From the NCBI GenBank assembly GCA_964106645.2, contig OZ067041.1: a DNA stretch of 64,000 nucleotides. The stretch is one strand, 5' to 3'. A program made the position numbers and the translations under genes. Numbering within the stretch: the stretch's first letter is position 1; every line of letters starts with the position of its first letter. Source of the DNA: Podarcis pityusensis. Its lineage: Eukaryota. Below, piece by piece: positions 25,254 through 38,494 of the stretch. A model generated the notes under the pieces. That model did not search any database. It saw nothing but the letters and a program-made list of their open reading frames with translations, and was not told where the DNA came from.

Positions 25254-25737
25254 TACTACCCTCCCTTCATGCTAAGGTCCCAGGGCAGATTACAAAAGCG
25301 AAAAACGATTTGCAACCTCAAAAACAAAAACATGTACCTCAAAAGCCAGAGTAAAGAAGTGCATCTTCAGCATTCTCTGAAAACTATATAATGAAAGCAC
25401 TAGACACACCTTTGTGAGAAGAGAGTTCCACAGCTTAGGGGGTGCTACAGAAAATGACATCTCATGGGCAGCTAGCCCCATGATCTCTGAGGTCAGAGGA
25501 ACTACCAAGAGGCCTTCACTAACATTGTCATTTATATATTTATTAATATGCACACTTTAGCCTAGTCCATACATTTGTGTACACATTAATTGACTTGAGA
25601 GCTGCATTTCAAAATGTGGAGTACTGCGAATTTCAAAGAGTGTCTCTGTTTCGGTTCACAATTTGTTTTGGAAAATGTGATCCCCCCCCCCCCCCGTTCA
25701 CCTTTAAATGCAAACTGAGTCACATTTCCCCACCCCA
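24990..25737 (-). mobile_element. TAGGG-family element interrupted by an old L2 fragment
   Basis: Both flanks are collinear with 62870-63303 (e.g. gagagctgcatttcaaaat...gcgaatttcaaag). Confidence 0.65.
25217..25520 (-). mobile_element. Old L2 LINE 3' fragment
   Basis: The minus strand reads SFSVAPPKLWNSL...FQRMLKMHFFTLAF, a degenerate L2 ORF2 end, followed by an ATT/AAT-repeat tail. Confidence 0.75.
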
Positions 25738-26658
25738 CCCCATATAGTTCAGGAGAGCCCCTCTGGAAAGGCTTTTGGAGGAGCAGAGGGGGCGGCAGGC
25801 GAGAGAAGGATAGGAAACTTCCTTTAAGTTTACTTATGTTAAGGAAGTTTGTGGAAGAAAAGTTTCCCATGTACTATATTGTGCTAATTCATCTTAGGTT
25901 TCCAGCTATGCAAAATGGACTCTTCTGAATAATTTATTCTAATAATATCTGGAAGTCCTATGGTAGGTTTCTGGATGCTCCCATAATGTAATATGGAAAT
26001 CTTTAGCTGATTTATCCTTTCATTTTCTTGATCAAATATGTCATTTTTTCTAGTAATGTTATATGTTTAGCATCCATAAGAGGGCATTATTATCAGCTTT
26101 AGTGAACACAAAACAAACAAAAAGCCTCGTAATATTATCTTCTATTTCTTATGGTCATTTCCCCCTTATTTAAATTTTGCTAAGGATACATATTTTGTTC
26201 TGTACTTTTCAAAAAACATTATGAGATTTCAGGAAATCCTCTGCTATTTCAATGTACATGGTGTATAGTTTGCATTTCTGGAAAGACAAAAAAAAAAAAG
26301 GCATCTGGGCAGCATTGTAAAGCTCCTCTTTGCTGTGAGAAATAAGAAAAATGGTCCCGCTTTTCTGAGCTGCTGCATCACAATGAGTGGATTTTGCTTG
26401 AGCAAAATGATAACCATTTTCTTTCCTTTGCCAGTGCAATTATTCAGAGCTCATCATCTTGCAAAGCCTTATCCTACTGTTCAGCATAAATGAATGGCTA
26501 TAGTATGTGCTCTGGCAAAAACAGAAATATCTTTCAGAAGTCGTCAAGTTAAAAGAAAATTTGAATGAAAATGAACTTAGTAGATTAGGGATTCCTCTAT
26601 TCTTATCAGGCAATTTCATTTATTGACCTGAAGGCAGCAGATGACAAAGCAACAGTAG

Positions 26659-26816
26659 GAACATAAGAAGAGCCTGCTGGATGGGGCCAATGGCCCATCT
26701 AGTCCAGCATCCTGGTCTCACAATGACCTACTAGATGCCCCAGGGAAACTCATAAGCAGGACCTCAGCACCAGAGCACTCTCCTCTCCTCTAGTTTCCAG
26801 CAACTGGTATTCAGAG
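26659..26816 (-). mobile_element. Old CR1-type LINE 3' end
   Basis: gaacataagaagagcctgctggat...ggcccatctagtccagcatcctg. Confidence 0.75.
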
Positions 26817-27091
26817 TCAGCACCAACTCTTTGAATCGTGCTTGGAAACATACTGGGAGCCAATGTAGAGCCAATGTAGATCCTTTAGGACCAGTGTTAT
26901 ATGGTCCCGGTGGCTGCTCCCAGTCACCAGTCTAGCTGCCGCATTCTGGATTAGTTGTAGTTCTCAGGTCACCTTCAAAGGTAGTCCCATGTAGAGCGCA
27001 TTGCAACAGTCCAAGTGGGAGATAACCAGAACATGCACCACTCTGGTGAGACAGTCCACAGGCAGGTAGGGTCTCAGCCGGCGTACCAGGT
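26817..27091 (-). mobile_element. Internal L2 ORF2 fragment (subfamily A)
   Basis: Highly similar to 41800-42065, with a 12-bp internal tandem duplication (gagccaatgtag). Confidence 0.9.
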
Positions 27092-27340
27092 GTCGTGTCA
27101 GGAATCAATCTCAATCTGTTAGGTGCCATCCACCCCCATAATTGAAAATAGCCAAATACATCTGTCCTTATTCACTTTATACTCATAAGAATCCTGGGAA
27201 ATAGATGAGGTCGATAGAAACATGGCATCAGTGTACTTAAATCACATTGCTCAGAAAGCATTTATAGTTATCTGAAAAAGTAATGCTACTTTCCTCCAAA
27301 TCAGATTTCATAAAGGTGCTAGTACTTTAGAAAGCTGAAA

Positions 27341-27344
<4 letters not shown>

Positions 27345-27390
<46 letters not shown>
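27345..27390. repeat. (CT)n microsatellite
   Basis: Read directly. Confidence 0.95.
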
Positions 27391-27393
<3 letters not shown>

Positions 27394-27984
27394 TTCCTAT
27401 GGGTAAAAGAAAATATATGCTTCCCTATGCAGCGCCACTGATTACTTCATTTGGCAAGATCAGTTCTTTGGCTCATGATAAATGAGTCCTTTTCCTTGCT
27501 GACTCTGTTGTCTTCATTTCTGCTAATGGGCAGTTTCTAGGAAGAGAGGTGCATGTGGAAGAGAGTGAAGTTAGATTTCAAAGCGAATGTGTTGTGGAAC
27601 AGGTGAGTGAGATCTTTAGATCCATCTGAGGCAGCTTGCAGAGGATTTCCTTGCATCACTTATTTATGATTTTTTCAATAGCTAGCCAGATAAAGATATT
27701 TATAAACAACTCTTCATCAAACAGAGTAGGGTGGTAAACAATAAATAGAGCCAAAATGGTGGTACAACTACAATATACAAAAGCTTTGTGGGCTTTTCTT
27801 CAGTACATTTGTTTTCATAGAGATTTGCACCAGATAACATCACTGTTCATGTAACCAAAGATGGGATGGTGATGCAAAGGTAGGAGATATGATTATTGTG
27901 CTCCCAAATTCCACATACCCGTTAGCTATTATTGCCAAGCCAAAGCTGGAAGGAGAGCCAAAGCCCAAAAGTTTTATTATCTAC

Positions 27985-28141
27985 CTTGCATGCAGAAAAT
28001 CTCAGGTTCCAATCCTAGCATCTCCAATTAGAGCTGGGAGACACTCATGGCTGAAACTCTGGAGAACTGTCAGTGTGGACAGTACAGAATTAGATGGACC
28101 AGTGGTCTGATTCAGTGTAAGGCAGTTTCCAATGTTCCTAT
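27985..28141 (+). mobile_element. tRNA-headed SINE with CR1-like tail (possibly Squam2-type)
   Basis: ttgcatgcagaaaatctcaggttccaatcc head and tagatggaccagtggtctgattcagtgtaaggcag...atgttccta tail. Relatives at 18335-18410, 35392-35532, 50627-50804 and 60228-60401. Confidence 0.7.
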
Positions 28142-28341
28142 TTGAAATGACCTACTTCTGGATTTTCTGCAACAGGAAAGAGGTTGCACCAGATGACCTA
28201 GAAGTCCTCCAGTGATATGGTTTTGTGAATCTATTCACTGTTCACTCTGTCCAAAAGAGCCAATGATTGGTTGATGGAACCTGCTGCTATTATCCAGTTC
28301 CTCTCCCCACCTCAACCACCATCCCGTAACATAACAGGGTA

Positions 28342-28692
28342 AAAGGTAAAGGGACCCCTGACCATTAGGTCCAGCCATGGCCGACTCTGGGGTTGCGGCG
28401 CTCATCTCACTTTATTGGCCGAGGGAGCCGGCGTACAGCTTCCGGGTCATGTGGCCAGCATGATTAAGCCACTTCTGGCGAACCAGAGCAGTGCACGGAA
28501 ACGCCGTTTACCTTCTCGCCGGAGTGGTATCTATTTATCTACTTGCACTTTGACGTGCTTTCAAACTGCTAGGTTGGCAGGAGCAGGGACCGAGCAACGG
28601 GAGCTCACCCCGTCGTGGGGATTCGAACCGCCGACCTTCTGATCGGCAAGTCCTAGGCTCTGTGGTTTAATCCACAGCGCCACCCGCATCCC
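28342..28692 (-). mobile_element. Full-length Sauria SINE (Squam1, lacertid-type)
   Basis: The minus strand starts GGGATGCGGGTGGCGCTGTGG (A box), contains GGTTCGAATCC (B box) and ends in CCCTTTACCTTT. Perfect 15-bp TSD TAACATAACAGGGTA (28327-28341 and 28694-28708). Confidence 0.96.
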
Positions 28693-31600
28693 ATAACATA
28701 ACAGGGTACTGCAGTATAAAAGGAATGTTGGGAATCGTGACAGAGGCAGTAGCATTATAACCAGTAAAACTACCATAAAAAACCCTATGTCTGTAGCCCC
28801 AACACACACATTTGTTCAGCATCCCGTGTTTGGACTTGTTAAAAGAGCTAAAGGAAACGGCTGAAATATTGTCTTCATGGATTTGAAAATGTCTGCAACA
28901 GCCATGATGCTGTGGAAGCTGATGGATGTGAGTCGTCTAGCCAGGTATGTTTCCCACCCATTGCAGGTTAAAGATGTTGGTCAGTGTGAAGAAGGGTGGC
29001 AGCATGATTGGGAAGGAGCATGCCAAAATTGGAGGGGGGGGCGGATGGGATAAATCTCATTGTAGACTTTGCCATTTACAATACTCTATAAATATTTCTC
29101 AGGATCTAGAATATTTATTTATTAAGATATTTCTTTACCTTCCTTCACAAAAATGGGGGGGGGGGTCATAGGGTGATTTACAAAGGGAATGAAACTCCTC
29201 ACAGTTTTACAACTGTTCAAATCCTACCGAACCCATGCTGATTTGAACAGCGATCCTAAGGCTTTTGTGATGGCAGAAAAGCTTTTATTTTTATTATTAT
29301 TATTACTGGTATTCTGCTCACAATAATGATCTTTATTAGGCTTTGTCAGAAATTTTCCCACTGTTACAGCAAATGGCCTGGTATTTTTAGAATGTGCTTT
29401 TACTGTACAAAGGATTTATGAAAGCCAGAAAACCACATGGAATGAGCACCGAATTTACAGAAAACAACATCCATGACTTTTGCCTCATAAAGCGGTAAGG
29501 CCCCAAAGTAGCTCCTAATTTTCAGGATGCCAGGAAAACAAAAAGAACAGGACAGGTGCTCTTTGAGGGGGAATGATAAGTGTCTTGCCACCCCTCATTA
29601 TGGAGACCAATCACTCTTCCACCCCACATCTCTTGAGGCAGAAACAAGCTTCTGAATAAGCTAATTTTAAAAGTGATGATTTCATTGCAATTTACCAACA
29701 GAATTTTGCTATTAACTTATATTGAAGCCCACATACACTCTCACTATTGTGGTTCCTCAGGGTCTCTAGTTAATGCTTATTATGTAATGTTTATAAAGAC
29801 AAATGTCTATAAATACAAATGGTCTCATCTTTGTCTGCCTCCTTCGCTTGTTTTCTGAACTCCCAGGAACTACATTCTTGTCCCTCAGCATCCCACTGTA
29901 TATTTTAATAAAGAATTCATTATCCAAGTGTGAGTCCTTGTGTACCCAAAGGCACCATCCACACACACAAAAATGGGGGTGTCAGCAGGCTCAGGTGCTA
30001 CCTCATCTGCTCATATGTTTAAATGCACAGACACATGAACTTGTATATAGCATCTACTGTATGTCCATGGAACTATCACTTTGAGGGTTGTTACTGGAGG
30101 CAATTGCACTACAGAGTACACTACAGAAGTACACTACAGAGGTTATTGCACTGAATGCTATACTTCAGAAATGCCAATTATCGACTAGGGAGATTTAGCA
30201 AGAATCAAACCATTATTACAATTAAAATATTTATTTACACAAAATGGGAGGGCAGTGAGTAAGATGGCTTTGCCATTCTATGTACCTGTAGAATGTAGAA
30301 GAGCAAAATAGTAAACACAGAAACTACTAACCCATGTTTCATGGAGCCTAAACTTAAACCTATAAATGGAAGTGTTGTACATGAACTAGACTCGCAACAG
30401 GGTCCTGACTACTCCAAGAGAACATGGTTGAGAGCCAGGGAAACAGGAAGAGGAATAAAGAGGAAAGATCTGGCTAAAATGAAGTAGACTGGCTCCCACA
30501 GGAATCTGACTTAGTCAGACAAACTTAAAGAACAGCTATGTGAAGCAGCCTTCTGAGGGATGCCAAAAGCAGAACAAAGTAGAGCTGTCTTCAGGCACAA
30601 GACTAAACTGATGGTGAAGATGTGAAGCGTGAAACAGCCTTGATGGGGAAAATCTGAACATAATGGAATAATTTATCTGAAAGATACTGCTAATGGGTGC
30701 TAGTTCTGAAACTAAGGGTGATCTCATTAAGAAAAGGGCTGGATGGAAGGGACACAATGGCAGTCAGTAGACATCACAATACAATTCTCTTATAAGAGAG
30801 TGACACAAGGGATCTCTGGCTAATCAGAACTTGTCACCAGATGTCTTAGGTATCCCTCACAGGGAAAGGTGGGTTACCTAAGCAATATGGATTTAGATTT
30901 AATAAAACTAAAAGGAACTTGTTGGAGGCTGCCTCCATTACTGCCCAGAGGGCATCTATTTGCATTTGATATCCTAGAGGTTCTGGAGACTAAGTAGGCT
31001 TCTATTTACATAATCTGTTTTGCATATCAGTTATTGCAGGGGAAATCCCCTGATCAGAAATAAGTATGAAAAGGATATTTGGTGGGAACCACTGGGGCTC
31101 CCACTGAGAGGAGGATACCTGAACTATCATTGCTTCTGATTCCTTGCGAAGGTGTCATGATTATTTTTCAGAGCAAAGCACAAATAAACATAGAATACAT
31201 GCAGAGTTGCTGTTGAATACAGGGAAATGTTGCAGAAGTACACTTCTTTTGGCAGGGCGGGACTTCTAAAGTGAGGAAACCTTAAAACAGTCCAATGAGA
31301 TCTATTCATACTAAGGGGCCATAGAATGCTGACTGACTGTTGGGTGGCTGGAGGGTCAGAAAACTGGGTGGGAGGGGAATTGGAATGGAATATCCTGGCT
31401 GGCTAGAACACTGAAAAGGAGCCCTCTGCAGTGCAGAATTTTACTGCAGTTTCCAGTTCATTTTATTTTGTCTCAAATCGCATTAGATTTTTTTTGACAA
31501 TTGCACAGTTATATGTTTATTCGTGTTTGTTTGTGGAAGCAAATCTCACTGCTTAAAGAGACTGTGCCTATGGGAAGTTGGGGGAAATGGTAGGTACAGA

Positions 31601-33550
31601 TCAGTGGACAGGAAAGTGAAAGCAAATGACCTCTCTGAAACTCTAGCTTCCCTTTGATACCGCACTTTATTATGTACACCCAAAACTAAGAAAACCCAAC
31701 TAAATAAACCTCTGCAACAATCAAGCAGCAGTTTTTCAGCTCCCAAATAATAAGTTAGAAGGACAAAAGACTACAACTTTGTGATGCATGGAAAAGCATA
31801 CCACCCAATAGTCCCACTTTGAATGGGACACCCCGGATTTAGAGAAGCTGCCCTGGCTTCTGTTTGAAATCCCAGATGTCCACCTTCTGCTGCCTTGCCT
31901 CCTCTGTGGCAGCCATGGCCCCTGTGATGGGGGCCACCAAATCAACTGCCACCACAACAAGGGCCCCCAAATGCATGTGTCACATTTTATATCTGATGTG
32001 GCATGTAGGTACCTTCCACACAAGGATGTGTGCTTGAGACCTAAACTGCATGTTACAGGGAAATGATAGTGGCTGCCAACGCATCTCTCATCCCTATATC
32101 ACCCTTGTGATGTCTAGAGAAACACAAATAATATGATGCTGGAAACCTAATAGCCTTATGCACTGACCACAAGAAAGACTAGTACACCAACAAGAAAGAG
32201 GTGGACAGCACTGATGACCCTGACCCTGATATCACAAATATAACGTTGGCGCCACCCTTTACCTGTGTGTGCTGAAGAGGCCGCTCCACATGATTGAGAA
32301 CACCGGTTGCACAGTGATTCATATCATTAAGAAGCCTGTGCAAGTACAACAGACTTCCTCTTTAGACTTTTGCCCAATATATGGCAGGGAGTAGTCAGCA
32401 GGCATGTGACATGGGGAGGCAGGGCCAGGGGTCATGATTCTCCTCCCCTTCCCCACAGAGGGCTGATATCAAAGTGGGATAGGGCAAATAATTCTTCCTT
32501 CCCGTTTTGCTCCATTTTTTGCTGCTTGCCAGGGGGCAGTGAAACACTGTGCTATAGTATCACCTCATGTGTCCTCTTTGAACAGACGTATTAAGGAGAG
32601 AACATGATTTAGCTACATTAGCTCACATTTCCCCTGTAGCATTTAGTATCAGCTTGAGTACAAGCAGTACCAAAAGTAAAGTGAGAGTCAGTCCTTAGTA
32701 ATCCTTTTTAATAACTGACAGCTTAAAATGAAAGAAGAAGAAAAAAGAACTTCAGGAAACTGGAACTCAAGAAAATATGTTTGAAATGTGATCGTGCTTC
32801 TGTTTGTTGCATCCTGATTCTGTTGTCATCCTTTCAGGAAATGAATATCCCATACAGCTGGAAGAAAAGCTCTGGGTGATTTTCTTTTTCATTAAGATAA
32901 CCCACTAATTTAAACAACAGTTCAAGCCTGGTAGATATTACTCTCCTTCCACTGATCCCCTCTCCAATTCTTCATCCTTTTGTTGTTTAGCTCAGTTCTT
33001 TGTAATGACTGATATGAATTCGGTTTTAAAGCAGACTGTTTCTTGCTGCTCTGGTCATGTGAGGAATACAATTCTGGTAGTTATCTACAAAATTAAAGGA
33101 CAAAGTTGAGTGTCCCATTTCTAATTACTTGGCAACACTGGCCCACAGATGATTGTGCAATACAGTTTTTTGCATTCAGATGGTCTGTGAAAATTGTTGA
33201 CTTTTGGCAGAAGGGATGCTTCCATACCAGAGCTTCCATAACAGAGTTAGTACGTCTTTGGATTTAGTTAATTGGTTTATTGTTGGTTTTATTTTAATTA
33301 ATATAACTTTTATCGATTTCTGTCTCCTAATTCTTTTGTATGGGGTAGGGTGGAGTGGGGTGGCAAGCAATATTCTCCTCTATGGGCTTAAGCATTTGTA
33401 TAGTTCCACAAAAACCTATAGACCTTTTCACAAACTTAAAAAGAAAAGAAAATCTCATTAAGCTGCTATCCTAAACATACTTACTAATAAATAAGCTCCA
33501 TTGGGCACAAATGGAATTTGTTGTTATAAATATTCACAAGATTTCTCCAT

Positions 33551-34485
33551 TTGAAGCTCAATCCAGGTGGTTGGAAGGTCACTTGCTCTTGATGTTTAGG
33601 GAAGCTTTTAATGTTTGATGTAACATAGTATTTTAATATTCTTTTGGAAGCCGCCCAGAGTGGCTGGGGAAACCCAGCCAGATGGGCGGGGTATAAATAA
33701 TAAATTATTATTATTATTATTATTGATGGGGTTACACTTCTTCTGAAGGAGCAGGTTCATAGCTTGAGGGGTACTCCTGGATCCTTTGCTGTCACTCAAG
33801 GCTCAGGTGTGCCTTCCAGGAGTGCCTTCCATCAGCTTCAGCTGGTGGCCCAGGTGAACAGGGATGGCCTAACTACTGTTGTCAATGCTCTGGTAACTTC
33901 AAGGTTAGATCACTGTAATGTGTTCTATGTAGGGCCGCCTCTGAAGACGGTTCAGAAACTTCAGCTGGTGAAGAATTCAGCGGCCAGGTTGCTCACCGGA
34001 GCAAGATGGTTTGAGCATATTACATCGATCCTGATCTGACTGAACTGGCTACCAATTAGTTTCCGGGCCCAATTCAAAGTATTGGTTTGACTTAAACGAC
34101 TCAGGACTGCAATACCTCAAGGACTGTCTCTTCCCATATGAACCTACCTGGTCCCTGAGATCACCTTCTGAGGCCCTCCTTTGTGTGCCTCTTCAAGAGG
34201 TCCGGAGGGTGGCAACACGAGAATGGGCCTTCTCTGCAGTGGCTCCCTGTCTATGGAATGCTCTCCCAGGGAAGTTTGCCTGGCGCCTTCATTCTACACC
34301 TTTAAGCACCAGGCAAAAATGTTCCTTTTTAACCAGGCCTTTGGTTGATCTTATTTTATAATTTGGCTTTTGCGGAGGGTGTTATTGGGTTACTGCTTTT
34401 GGTTGGATTTTATATGTTGTGGTCTTGTAGTGAACTCCCCTGAGACTACAGGTATAGGGCGGTATATAAATTCAATAAATAAATA
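33551..34485 (+). mobile_element. L2 LINE 3' portion (subfamily C), degenerate, interrupted at 33595-33722
   Basis: Encodes LKLNP...LDGVTL.LKEQVHSL...ALVTSRLDHCNVFYVGPPLKTVQKLQLVKNSAARLLTG with stops and frameshifts. Ends in a (TAAA)n tail. Confidence 0.9.
33595..33722 (+). mobile_element. L2 subfamily A 3' tail inserted into the L2-C copy
   Basis: tttagggaag...gccgcccagagtggctgggg...gggcggggtata(aat/tta)n, flanked by the 6-bp duplication TTGATG (33589-33594 and 33723-33728). Confidence 0.85.
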
Positions 34486-35648
34486 TTTCTCATTTTATCT
34501 ATTAATCGATCCACCATCCTCATTCTGCCCAACACCAAAGGAAGATATGATTTCTTTCTCCAATAGCTGGTGACTTTTTTATCTCCATGATGATATGCCA
34601 TTTGCACAAAAGGTTTGTGAAATCCAGTTTGGTAGAACATCCCCTCCTGAAGCAGATGGATTTCTCCCTTGTGGAGCTACGCTCCCTCTTGAAAGACAAA
34701 AAGAGATCAATTTCCTGGCCAAAGCTCATGCCAAAGAGTTCTGCTGCCAAGCAATTACCTGTCTGTTTTGGCATGAGCTTGTTGTTCTCTTTCAGGCCCC
34801 TTGAGCCATTTGAGATGGACGATGGGAAGGCTATGACTGAGAGGGGGAATGACACAAGGAAAGGGTAAAATTATGACAATCCAATTCATTACAATATAGT
34901 GGCCTTTCTTTGGTATTTATGAAGTCCTGAAACATGCTGTCAAATTGATTTATACTGAATCAATTAATTCATTAATTAAAAGCCAAGTGATTAATCAACT
35001 AAAAAATCTTTAATTAGTTGACAAGCCCAACTTGAAGAAGTTTATAACATTTTATAATCTGTCACTGTGCAGAGACTGCTCAGTTACTTTCACATTGTGA
35101 TATCAATTGTCAAAAGGTTAGCTGAACACTCTGGATTCAGTATCGTACGTGCCAACAGAATTTGTAAAATGAAAGTTGGCAGTCATCTAAATATATGCAA
35201 TCCATCTCCACTCAGAGGCAGAGCATCTACCTTACATATAGAAAATCCCTTGTCAATTATTTGTTTCTTTATTGCATTTATATCCTTTTTTTTTTTTTTT
35301 GTCCAAGGAGCTGCAGGTGGTATACAGAATTTTTGCCTTCCTCATTTTATCCTCACAACTTTGTGTGGTAGGTTAGTCTGAAAGGCAGTAACTGGCCCAA
35401 GTTCAATCCCTGGCATTTCCAGATGGGGCTGGGAACACAATTTTTGGAGAGCTGGTGCCAGTGAAGACAATACTGCATTAGTTGGGCCAAAGTTCCAAAT
35501 CTTTCTAAGAACACTTCTTATGTTCCTATGTTCTAACACATCTATTCAAAATTCTCAAAGGCTATGTATTACATTAGCCATTCTGCATGTTGAATATCAT
35601 GTTATATGAATTGGGAGATAGATGTTCTATTCATCATAAAATACATTA

Positions 35649-35857
35649 CACTGGTACCTCAGGTTACATACGCTTCAGGTTACAGACTCCGCTAACCCAG
35701 AGATAGTGCTTCAGGTTAAGAACTTTGCTTCAGGATGAGAACAGAAATTGTGCTCCGGCGGCGCAGCAGCAGCAGGAAGTCCCATTAGCTAAAGTGGTCC
35801 TTCAGGTGAAGAACGGACCTCCGGAACGAATTAAGTACTTAACCTGAGGTACCACTG
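35649..35857 (+). mobile_element. Tc1/mariner (pogo/Tigger-like) MITE
   Basis: TA TSD; near-identical to 11353-11578 apart from a short internal deletion. Confidence 0.9.
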
Positions 35858-35978
35858 TATATCCATGCCACAGAAATCTGATTCTGACTATAAACAGGAA
35901 ATGGTTACATTAAAGAGCAGTGCTATGAACACATAACTGCCAGGGAGTCCTTGTCTGCTACCTAAACTAACGTGGTTC

Positions 35979-36260
35979 TGTCAGACCAGGCCAATGGTGG
36001 AGTCTGGAGTGAGCCAGGAACTGGGAATCAGGACTGAAAAAGAACAATGAAGAACAGAGAGCAAACCAGAAAACAGGACTAGAGAGGTATCAATGCAGGA
36101 GGGCTGAAAATCAAAACACAGGACACACCAGAGGCCAGGTAGACCTGTTCTAATCCTTCCTCCCTAGATGAGATGTTTGGGCAGAGCCCAAGTGTATGAC
36201 TGAAGAAAGGCTGCAGTTATATGCTTCACCACATAGGGCAGTAATTAGCAGTTCCTGACA
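35979..36260 (-). mobile_element. Probable solo LTR
   Basis: Inverted termini TGTCAG...CTGACA and 5-bp TSD GGTTC/GGTTT. The minus-strand start TGTCAGGAACTG resembles the start of 38495-38948. Confidence 0.55.
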
Positions 36261-37379
36261 GGTTTGGGTTGTTGCGAAAATGAGGATTCCATTATAGCAC
36301 CCATGCAATGTATTGATTTTTAGTTCTCTGTACTGGGATAGCGTTTCCAAGTCAACCTTCTAAACTGCTGTGTTTGCTTTCTTCATCAGCATCTGTTTTT
36401 CAGTCTTGTAGGTAAAAATGAAAATCTAACTTTCATGCGCTCAGTAGCTAAAAACACAGGCAAGTGCGTTGAGTGCAATTAATGCAGTATTCCCCTTTTA
36501 TGAAGCCACTTCAGTGGAAATCAGTAAGACCGAGGAAAGTAACGTGTAAGCAAAATAAAGGCACTCATAAGAAACAGGAGTTGGGGGAGGAAGGGAAATG
36601 AAAGGGGAAGTTTGGTGCATAGTGCAAAATAAAATTTATGTTTTAAAAAATCCTTTCTTTTAGGCAGCAGGCATAAAAAGAATTCTCTTTCAAAGACCTA
36701 AATTTTATTTTGCTCCATCAACTAGCTTTGAACCGTTAAAAGAAACCCTGCAGCTGTAACTGCACCAATTATAGTAATAAATTATAATAAAAAGATTCAC
36801 AGTTCTGTTCATTTCTGCTAAACTGGATCATTTGTGTCATTTGGTATGTCATACAAATATTCCATTTTCTTTCACAGATGTCTGTCTATTAAAGTGCAGA
36901 AGGAAAAATGAGATAAGGATAAATATACTATCTTTGAAATTACTACGCCAAGGAATAGAAATGTGTGCAGTGTTCCCCCCTGCCCCCCCTTCACAAAGTA
37001 TTTCTTCTTTTCTTCAGAGATATGTCCTTTTGGTTCAGCTCAGATTTTAGGTACGGATCATTTGATATCCTTAAGCACAGTATAATCTTTACATGTAATT
37101 ATCCTAACAATAATGTTACAAATGAGAAGAACAAAATCATGTGTGCACCATCCTGAGCTGATTTCTTGTCATAGCCATTTACACTGGGTGACAAGCTATT
37201 CTGGAAGTTTCTTCAAGTCTGAGGAACGCTTTATGTGTTTCAAAAATGAATACCCAGTCCTATTTTCAAAGAAACTCAATGCAGCTTATGATCCACAATA
37301 CAAAAACAAACAATAACAAAATAAGTAATAATAAGATCCCCATTAGCACAATGTATATCACTATACTTGAATTCTTCTT

Positions 37380-37451
37380 GTGAGCTTCCCACAGGTTGGT
37401 CCCTGTGAAAACAGGGTGTTGGACTAGATGGACCTTTGACCTGATCCAGCA
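37380..37451 (+). mobile_element. Old CR1-type 3' end
   Basis: ggactagatggacctttgacctgatccagcaggctcttcttatgtgctta. Confidence 0.7.
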
Positions 37452-37638
37452 GGCTCTTCTTATGTGCTTATCAGAAATCTTAATGAATCACAAATACTAA
37501 TATGAAAGGCAAGCCTCCATAACGAAATCTGAATTTGTGCCATTGAAACTCAGACACTAAAGCTAAATCTGCAAAGGGGGAATAATCCTGTAAAAGCCTT
37601 TTGATTAATTGAGCTTTTATCAGCCATCAAAAACAGTA

Positions 37639-37880
37639 CAGTGGTACCTCTGGTTACAAACTTAATTTGTTCCGGAGGTCCGTTCTTAACCTGAAAACGT
37701 TTTTAACCTGAGGTACCACTTTAGCTAATAGGGCCTCCCACTGCCGCCCCACTGCTGCCATGTGATTTCTGTTCTCATTCTGAAGCAAAGTTCTTAACCC
37801 ACGGTACTACTTCCGGGTTAGTGGAGTCTGTAACCTGAAGTGTTCGTAATCCGAGGTGTTTATAACCTGAGGTACCACTG
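37639..37880 (-). mobile_element. Tc1/mariner (pogo/Tigger-like) MITE, inverted copy
   Basis: TIR CAGTGGTACCTC/GAGGTACCACTG; reverse complement of 11353-11578. Confidence 0.9.
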
Positions 37881-38494
37881 TTCAGTGATGAGACATTTGG
37901 AAAGGACTAGAGGATCCCAAAACCTTTCTGAATGGTGAAACTTTCTATACAACTCAATAACCCTCATCTTGATGGAAGTCCAGGACAAACAAAAATAGGG
38001 AGTTGTGCAACTTGATAGGTGGAGGACCAGTTGCTGAGTTTGCTTGAAAAATAATGATTAGAGTAATTTGTGAATGTGTATGGTCAAAGGATAGGAAATC
38101 ACACTCTGGCCTCTATTACCAACAAGAAGACCCAGGGCCACTGCAAGAGGGCACTGCCTTCTCCCCAATAGGAAACCAACCTAGCATCTTCATCATGATC
38201 TTCTATAGAACCTGTGTGTTCAGAGGAATACCATACACCGAGGACAAGCAATGGCAGAGGACTGTTCCCTTCATATCTTGCTTGATAGATCTGGATAGGG
38301 AGCCTCTGTCCCTAGAAATATTGTTAGACTCCCACTCTCAGCATCCTGGCCATTATGGTCAATGCTCAGGGATAATGCAAATTGTAGACTACATCTTGTA
38401 CTCCAACCACAGATCAGATGTATCCTTGTCAGATTCAGCAGGGAATTTCTTGTGTGAACTTCCTGGATCTTATTTCAACATGGTCATTACCTAA

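Noticed and set aside
30089-30778. Possible minus-strand solo LTR (TGTTA...TCACA)
   Set aside because: No matching TSD and no second copy in the window.
34935-35030. Homeobox (TAAT) motif cluster
   Set aside because: It is bounded by inverted ctgtcaa / ttgacaag ends with ATTAAT repeats, which fits a degraded DNA-transposon MITE better.
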